A stretch of 64,000 bases of DNA, from assembly GCA_964360855.1 (NCBI GenBank), contig CAYHXV010000001.1:20042-84041 (forward strand), given 5' to 3'. Numbering within the stretch: position 1 is the first letter of the stretch; each line of letters begins with the position of its first letter. Positions 59,558 to 64,000 of this stretch are shown here, piece after piece. The translations under genes and the position numbers were made by a program. This DNA comes from an uncultured Candidatus Saccharibacteria bacterium. Its GTDB lineage: Bacteria; Patescibacteriota; Minisyncoccia; Phycocordibacterales; Phycocordibacteraceae. A model generated the notes under the pieces. The model was not told the origin of the DNA and made no database searches. It was given only the letters and a program-made list of their open reading frames with translations.

Positions 59558-60043
59558 TTAAATGGATATAAGGGGGTTACTTGAGGACGGTGGCACTTCA
59601 GCTGGTGCTGGATCATTGTTAGGGACAATAGTTTCAAACACATTCTTGTTTTGTGACTCAGTCCCAGCTTTCTGGGTTCCCTGCCCAAAGGTGGGAAAGT
59701 CTGGCGTTCGGTTGTCCAGGTTCCCAAATAAACTTCCGAACAAATTAACGAGTCCCCAAATAGAAATCATCACCGCAAATCCAATAACAGACCAGAGTAC
59801 AAACTTTGCTCCTTCCTTGCGTTTCTCCTCATTTGCACCATTCAATATAAATGCTTGAAAGACACCCCAAATAAATACTATGAACGCAATGGCAAATACC
59901 ACCGGTACCACTACCGTATTTAGGATGCCAATGATGGAAGCTGAAATATCTTCTATAGGGGCCGTGTTCAGTCCTCCAGACTGCGCAGACGCTGAAGGAG
60001 CTCCGAGTACCAGAGCGAGTACGATAAAAAGGTATTTTTTCAT
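59558..60043 (-). CDS. VirB2/TrbC-like pilin with C-terminal extension
   Basis: Signal peptide; FIWGV..EKRKEGAKFVLWSVIG. Confidence 0.8.
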   Translation of the reverse strand: MKKYLFIVLALVLGAPSASAQSGGLNTAPIEDISASIIGILNTVVVPVVFAIAFIVFIWGVFQAFILNGANEEKRKEGAKFVLWSVIGFAVMISIWGLVNLFGSLFGNLDNRTPDFPTFGQGTQKAGTESQNKNVFETIVPNNDPAPAEVPPSSSNPLISI

Positions 60044-60092
60044 ATATCCATAGCCTAGCAGGCAACGGGTCTCGCGCAAGACGTTATCCCAC

Positions 60093-60332
60093 CTAGGCGG
60101 GCAGTACGCTCAGCAAGAGCCGTACAATACCCCACACACCAAATAGCACCACAAACCCTATCATGCCCCACAACATGAACACTCTTCCTTTTTGTCTCCC
60201 TTCCTCACCCTCCATAAAGAAGAACCGCACCATACCAATGAGGAAGAGCAGGAAGGCAAGGGCATACAATAGCGGCATCACCGCCGTGTCTACTACCTTC
60301 ACCAAACTATCAACCAATTGCGCAAAGGTCAT
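60093..60332 (-). CDS. VirB2/TrbC-like pilin
   Basis: FLIGMVRFF..RQKGRVFMLWGMIG. Confidence 0.8.
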   Translation of the reverse strand: MTFAQLVDSLVKVVDTAVMPLLYALAFLLFLIGMVRFFFMEGEEGRQKGRVFMLWGMIGFVVLFGVWGIVRLLLSVLPA

Positions 60333-60730
60333 CGTAAGGAATCAACGGTAGAACCAATCACCATGCCAATGGTTTGGGCTCCCAGAAGCACCAACCCACC
60401 TATCACCGTCCACATAAGCGCACTGCGCGCGTTCTTAAGCTCCTCTTCTTTTCCTTGTGCCTTAACAAACAGGAAGCCAACATAAACAATAGCGAGGGTA
60501 AGCACAATGGTACCTAGCTGCACCACCGCACCTAAGATGGCATCGAGAAAGTCAGGGAGCGAGTTAATACTGTTGAGCGGGTTGGTAAGGCCACCACCAC
60601 CTGATTCTGGAGCACTAGGAGCGCCTACAGAACTCGTTGCACTGAGGACAAGATGTGGACCCAAAAAACTGAAAGTTAGAAACACTGCCAGGAATCCTAC
60701 CGTACGAAGTGTTTGTAAAAAGTGTTTCAT
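60329..60730 (-). CDS. VirB2/TrbC-like pilin
   Basis: LTNPL..IVYVGFLFVKAQG.EEELKNAR..LMWTVIG. Confidence 0.82.
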   Translation of the reverse strand: MKHFLQTLRTVGFLAVFLTFSFLGPHLVLSATSSVGAPSAPESGGGGLTNPLNSINSLPDFLDAILGAVVQLGTIVLTLAIVYVGFLFVKAQGKEEELKNARSALMWTVIGGLVLLGAQTIGMVIGSTVDSLR

Positions 60731-62028
60731 TTAAATGTTGCGCTAATAGCCTGATCAAGCGTACCAAGAGCGTCGGACACTCCCTGTCGCCCACTCGTCA
60801 CACTACTCACCATGGTAGCAAAGAGAGTGTCCGTCTTTAGTGGTGCTGGGGACAGCCATCCGCGCGCCACCAGTGCCTGCGGGAAATACACGGACTCATA
60901 CAAGTCACCCTGTGCAGGAATAAGTAGCGCACGCTGTGCAGGAACCATGTGGAGTGCACGCGCCAGTGTTGGCAATACCTCTGAAGCAGATAATGCGTAC
61001 GCAGTACGCAGAGCTCCTTCAGGATTAGCAGAGGCCTTAGGTATAGCAAATCCATATATGCGACCATACGTGGTACGGGTTTCAGAAGTAGCGGGGTGCG
61101 GGACTGATGCCATATCAAAGTCTAAGTTTGGATTCCCTGCAGCAATAAGAGACACCTCAGATGCAAACCCAAAGTAGAGGGAGAGGTCACCAGCGAGAAA
61201 CGCCTGTCGGTCTCCCGCAATGCTTCGATTCCAGCTGTAGCTAGTCTTCGCGGGATTTGCAAACTGTAGATAGTAGTTCAATGCAGACACCGCAGGCGAA
61301 GGGCCAGCACTGTCTCCCACGGGGCGGGTAAGCGTTGCCGAGATACTGTCTAGAGTTCGCTCGGTAATAGAGTACCCGGACTGTAACAATAGAAGTGACA
61401 CCACTGCCCGCGCATTCTCACTATTTTCGTATGCACCAAATGCCAGACCACTTCGCACAATCGCTCCTGAAGCATCTTGGCGGGTAAGTACCGGAGACAA
61501 GCCCGCCACTGCTTCCCACGTCGGAGGAGCCACTGCAGCTCCCACACTTGCTAGGTGTGTGCGGTTGTAATACAGGACGAGGGGGTCAAGCACAAACGGT
61601 ATGGCATAGGCGCCCTTGCCCGCGAGAAAGAGTTCCGCCTCGGGTAGATAGGTATCCCGGAAGGTACGCTCACTGGTAGCAGAATTCGAAATGAGTTGAA
61701 TTTTGTTTTGTTCAGCCGCAAGTTGCTCTTGTGAAATAAGAATTAAATCGGGACCATTTCCAGAAGCAATTGCGTCAGACAATTGCTCGTCAAATGTGCT
61801 TAGTTGTTTTTCCTCATAGGACACTTTGGCAAGCTCCCCATGTGTCTGCTTTAAGGTAGCCAGTGCCTCCTGCATCGTTCGCGCGGGCAGGGTGCCCCAC
61901 ACAGTAACTGGCCCCACGGGCTTCACGCCGCCAGTAAATCCTTGGAAGTTTGCAAAGAGAAACAAGCCCACCAGTGCGGTAATACCAAACACCGCCATGA
62001 GAATTATTTGAAAGGGTTTCATTTGCAT
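60727..62028 (-). CDS. Extracellular solute-binding protein (family 1-like)
   Basis: N-terminal TM; ASGNGPDL, AIPFVLDPLVLYYN, AFLAG. Confidence 0.8.
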   Translation of the reverse strand: MQMKPFQIILMAVFGITALVGLFLFANFQGFTGGVKPVGPVTVWGTLPARTMQEALATLKQTHGELAKVSYEEKQLSTFDEQLSDAIASGNGPDLILISQEQLAAEQNKIQLISNSATSERTFRDTYLPEAELFLAGKGAYAIPFVLDPLVLYYNRTHLASVGAAVAPPTWEAVAGLSPVLTRQDASGAIVRSGLAFGAYENSENARAVVSLLLLQSGYSITERTLDSISATLTRPVGDSAGPSPAVSALNYYLQFANPAKTSYSWNRSIAGDRQAFLAGDLSLYFGFASEVSLIAAGNPNLDFDMASVPHPATSETRTTYGRIYGFAIPKASANPEGALRTAYALSASEVLPTLARALHMVPAQRALLIPAQGDLYESVYFPQALVARGWLSPAPLKTDTLFATMVSSVTSGRQGVSDALGTLDQAISATFK

Positions 62029-62049
62029 AGATAAATCATACCGTACTCC

Positions 62050-62583
62050 TTATGCAGGAGCCGTGAACACAATGGAGTAGTGGTGCGGACCGGCACGGAA
62101 GTCCTTCAGCTTGTGAAAACCGTTCGTAATGAATAATTCAAGAGCAGTTGGTTCCGGAACTACATGACGCGGGTGCGGACCCATACCTTCATAACTTCCC
62201 GCCCAATCAATAACGAGAAGCCGTCCTCCTGGCTTGAGGATTCTTTTGATCTCAAGCACAGCAGGAACCTTGTCCTCAAGTTGAAAGAGCGTGTTGGAAA
62301 GAATCACCGCGTCCATTGAGTGTTCCTTGAGCGTGGTGCCACCCTGCTTTTCTATGTTTCCCCACACCGTCTCTATGTTTTTAAGTCCCCGCGTCTGTGC
62401 GTTGTCTAGTAAGTGTCGCAAGACTTCTTCTTGCACATCTATCGCGTACACTCTCCCGGTGTTTCCAACGATATTCGCTGCACTAAGGGCATAGTGCCCC
62501 ACACCACTTCCCAAATCCGCAACCTTCATGCCTTCACGGAGTCCCAACTGAAGGACGTTACTCTGGGGGTCGCTAAAGTTCAT
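62050..62583 (-). CDS. Class I SAM-dependent methyltransferase
   Basis: VADLGSGVG, VYAID, LKPGGRLLVIDW. Confidence 0.9.
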   Translation of the reverse strand: MNFSDPQSNVLQLGLREGMKVADLGSGVGHYALSAANIVGNTGRVYAIDVQEEVLRHLLDNAQTRGLKNIETVWGNIEKQGGTTLKEHSMDAVILSNTLFQLEDKVPAVLEIKRILKPGGRLLVIDWAGSYEGMGPHPRHVVPEPTALELFITNGFHKLKDFRAGPHHYSIVFTAPA

Positions 62584-62642
62584 TACTCTTAAAATAACAC
62601 GAGCCACCCAAAGGGTGGCTCGTATCAACAGGCAAAGATGAG

Positions 62643-62996
62643 TTATTGCGAGAGGGGAGTTGCGAGTGTAATTTCTCCGTTCTTGTGCAGAGTGGCCGTA
62701 AGCGGGAAGCCGGAACCAGTCGTTAACTCTACTGTTACATCTACGTTTTCGTCGAGTGTTCGACTATGGTCATACTTTCCTTTCCCGCGCTCTTCTGGAG
62801 TAGCCACGTTGAATCTCTCAATCCAGCTCACAAAACTCTCAACAGGAGTGCCCGTTACGGTCATTGCCATCCACGTACTTAATGCCTGCCCATCGAGATT
62901 GTGTGATAGAGCACTCAATACCTGTTCCTCGCTAGTAAGCACGCTCTTCTCCCGATTAACCGTTGGTGTTGCAAAACTTTCAAATCTTTCAGTCAT
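62643..62996 (-). CDS. Hypothetical protein
   Basis: 117 aa ORF downstream of gyrA. Confidence 0.55.
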   Translation of the reverse strand: MTERFESFATPTVNREKSVLTSEEQVLSALSHNLDGQALSTWMAMTVTGTPVESFVSWIERFNVATPEERGKGKYDHSRTLDENVDVTVELTTGSGFPLTATLHKNGEITLATPLSQ

Positions 62997-63012
62997 AAGT
63001 ATTTTTAGTGTG

Positions 63013-64000
63013 TTATAGCGCTACCATACTGGCAATCGAATCCCCCTCCCGCATCTTCATAATACGAACACCCTGAGTGGCACGGGAGAGACTTGGAATC
63101 TCACCCGTGGACACTCGTATTACCTGCCCCTTCTTTGATATCACCACGATCTCTTCCTCCTCACTCTTCCCGCCAACCAACACCTTTGCCCCAATAATGC
63201 TTCCGGTCTTTGCAGTTACGTCTGCAGTCTTAATACCTGAACCTCCGCGTCCCTGTATTTTGTATTCGCTCAGTAGGGTCTTCTTGCCATAGCCCTTATC
63301 CATAAGGATAAGAAGGGTAGCTCCCTTAGCTTCAGCCGGGACTACCTCCGCAGAGACAATCCGATCTCCCTTCTTAACGGTCATACCGCGGACTCCTGCG
63401 GCCGTGCGCCCCATGGCGCGGGTCTCCCCTTCGTCAAAGCGAATACTTTGTCCGGCACTCGTCACAATAGATACGCTGTCTCCTTCACTCGTGAGTTGTG
63501 CCGTCACTAACTTGTCTGAGCCCTTAAGGGCAATAGCAATGATGCCCGAACGGCGCACGTCAGCGAAGTTCTTGGCTTCCACCTTCTTCACCACTCCTTC
63601 CTGCGTCACAAAGAATACCGAAAGCGCGTCCCGAGCGGCGCCCTTCGGCACGGCCAGCACACTGGTTACCTTCTCATCACTTGCAATAGAGAGGAAGTTC
63701 ATAATGGACTTGCCCTTCGTTGCGCGCTTGCCTTCCGGAAGCTCGTACATCTTGAGCTGATATGCCTTGCCGTAGTCGGTGAAGAAGAGGAGGTCAGAAT
63801 GCGCGCTTGCTGAGAGGAAGTGGGTCACCACATCCTCTTCCTTGGTAGACATATCAATCACGCCAATGCCGCCGCGCTTCTGTGCTTTGTATTCGTCCGG
63901 GTTGGCGCGCTTCACGTACCCGCCTTGGGTCAGCACCAGTACACTCTCCTCGTCTGGAACGAGATCTTCTACGGAAATATTCTTCACCCCGCTCTTCACG
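63013..64000 (-). CDS. gyrA: DNA gyrase subunit A, C-terminal part (truncated by window end)
   Basis: GyrA-box QKRGGIG; beta-pinwheel repeats GRTAAGVRG, RATQGVR. Confidence 0.95.
   Translation of the reverse strand, partial: VKSGVKNISVEDLVPDEESVLVLTQGGYVKRANPDEYKAQKRGGIGVIDMSTKEEDVVTHFLSASAHSDLLFFTDYGKAYQLKMYELPEGKRATKGKSIMNFLSIASDEKVTSVLAVPKGAARDALSVFFVTQEGVVKKVEAKNFADVRRSGIIAIALKGSDKLVTAQLTSEGDSVSIVTSAGQSIRFDEGETRAMGRTAAGVRGMTVKKGDRIVSAEVVPAEAKGATLLILMDKGYGKKTLLSEYKIQGRGGSGIKTADVTAKTGSIIGAKVLVGGKSEEEEIVVISKKGQVIRVSTGEIPSLSRATQGVRIMKMREGDSIASMVAL

Noticed and set aside
1-64000. CRISPR array, rRNA, tmRNA or RNase P RNA
   Set aside because: No regularly spaced direct repeats or recognisable conserved motifs seen by eye

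Overview
Chromosomal window from a small-genome bacterium, most consistent with Patescibacteria/CPR (Parcubacteria-like). Supporting this: class I LysRS, minimal IF-2, several VirB2/TrbC-like pilins, a stand-alone VirD4/TraD-like ATPase, a short-form RSH and very short intergenic spacers; the taxon is inferred from gene content. It runs from a partial uvrB to a partial gyrA and carries housekeeping genes (tgt, lysS, dnaX, dus, serS, dprA, topA, rel, parB, ahpC, miaA, rpmG, clpB, iscS, infB, rbfA, alr), 7 tRNAs, a complete IS1595 element with a passenger gene, and a lexA-dinB cassette with a GAAC-N4-GTTC box. The best candidate for a new system is a pair of paralogous VirB2-like pilins sharing a carrier domain but with different predicted peptidoglycan-hydrolase tails (lysozyme-like versus M15 Zn-peptidase), together with a five-pilin array and a VirD4/large-effector operon elsewhere in the window. 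Other highlights: a promoter-driven two-hairpin sRNA, a DGR-target-like ORF, unannotated small ORFs, window-wide leaderless gene starts, and repeated loss of structural zinc sites. All family assignments come from motif recognition; no database searches were run.
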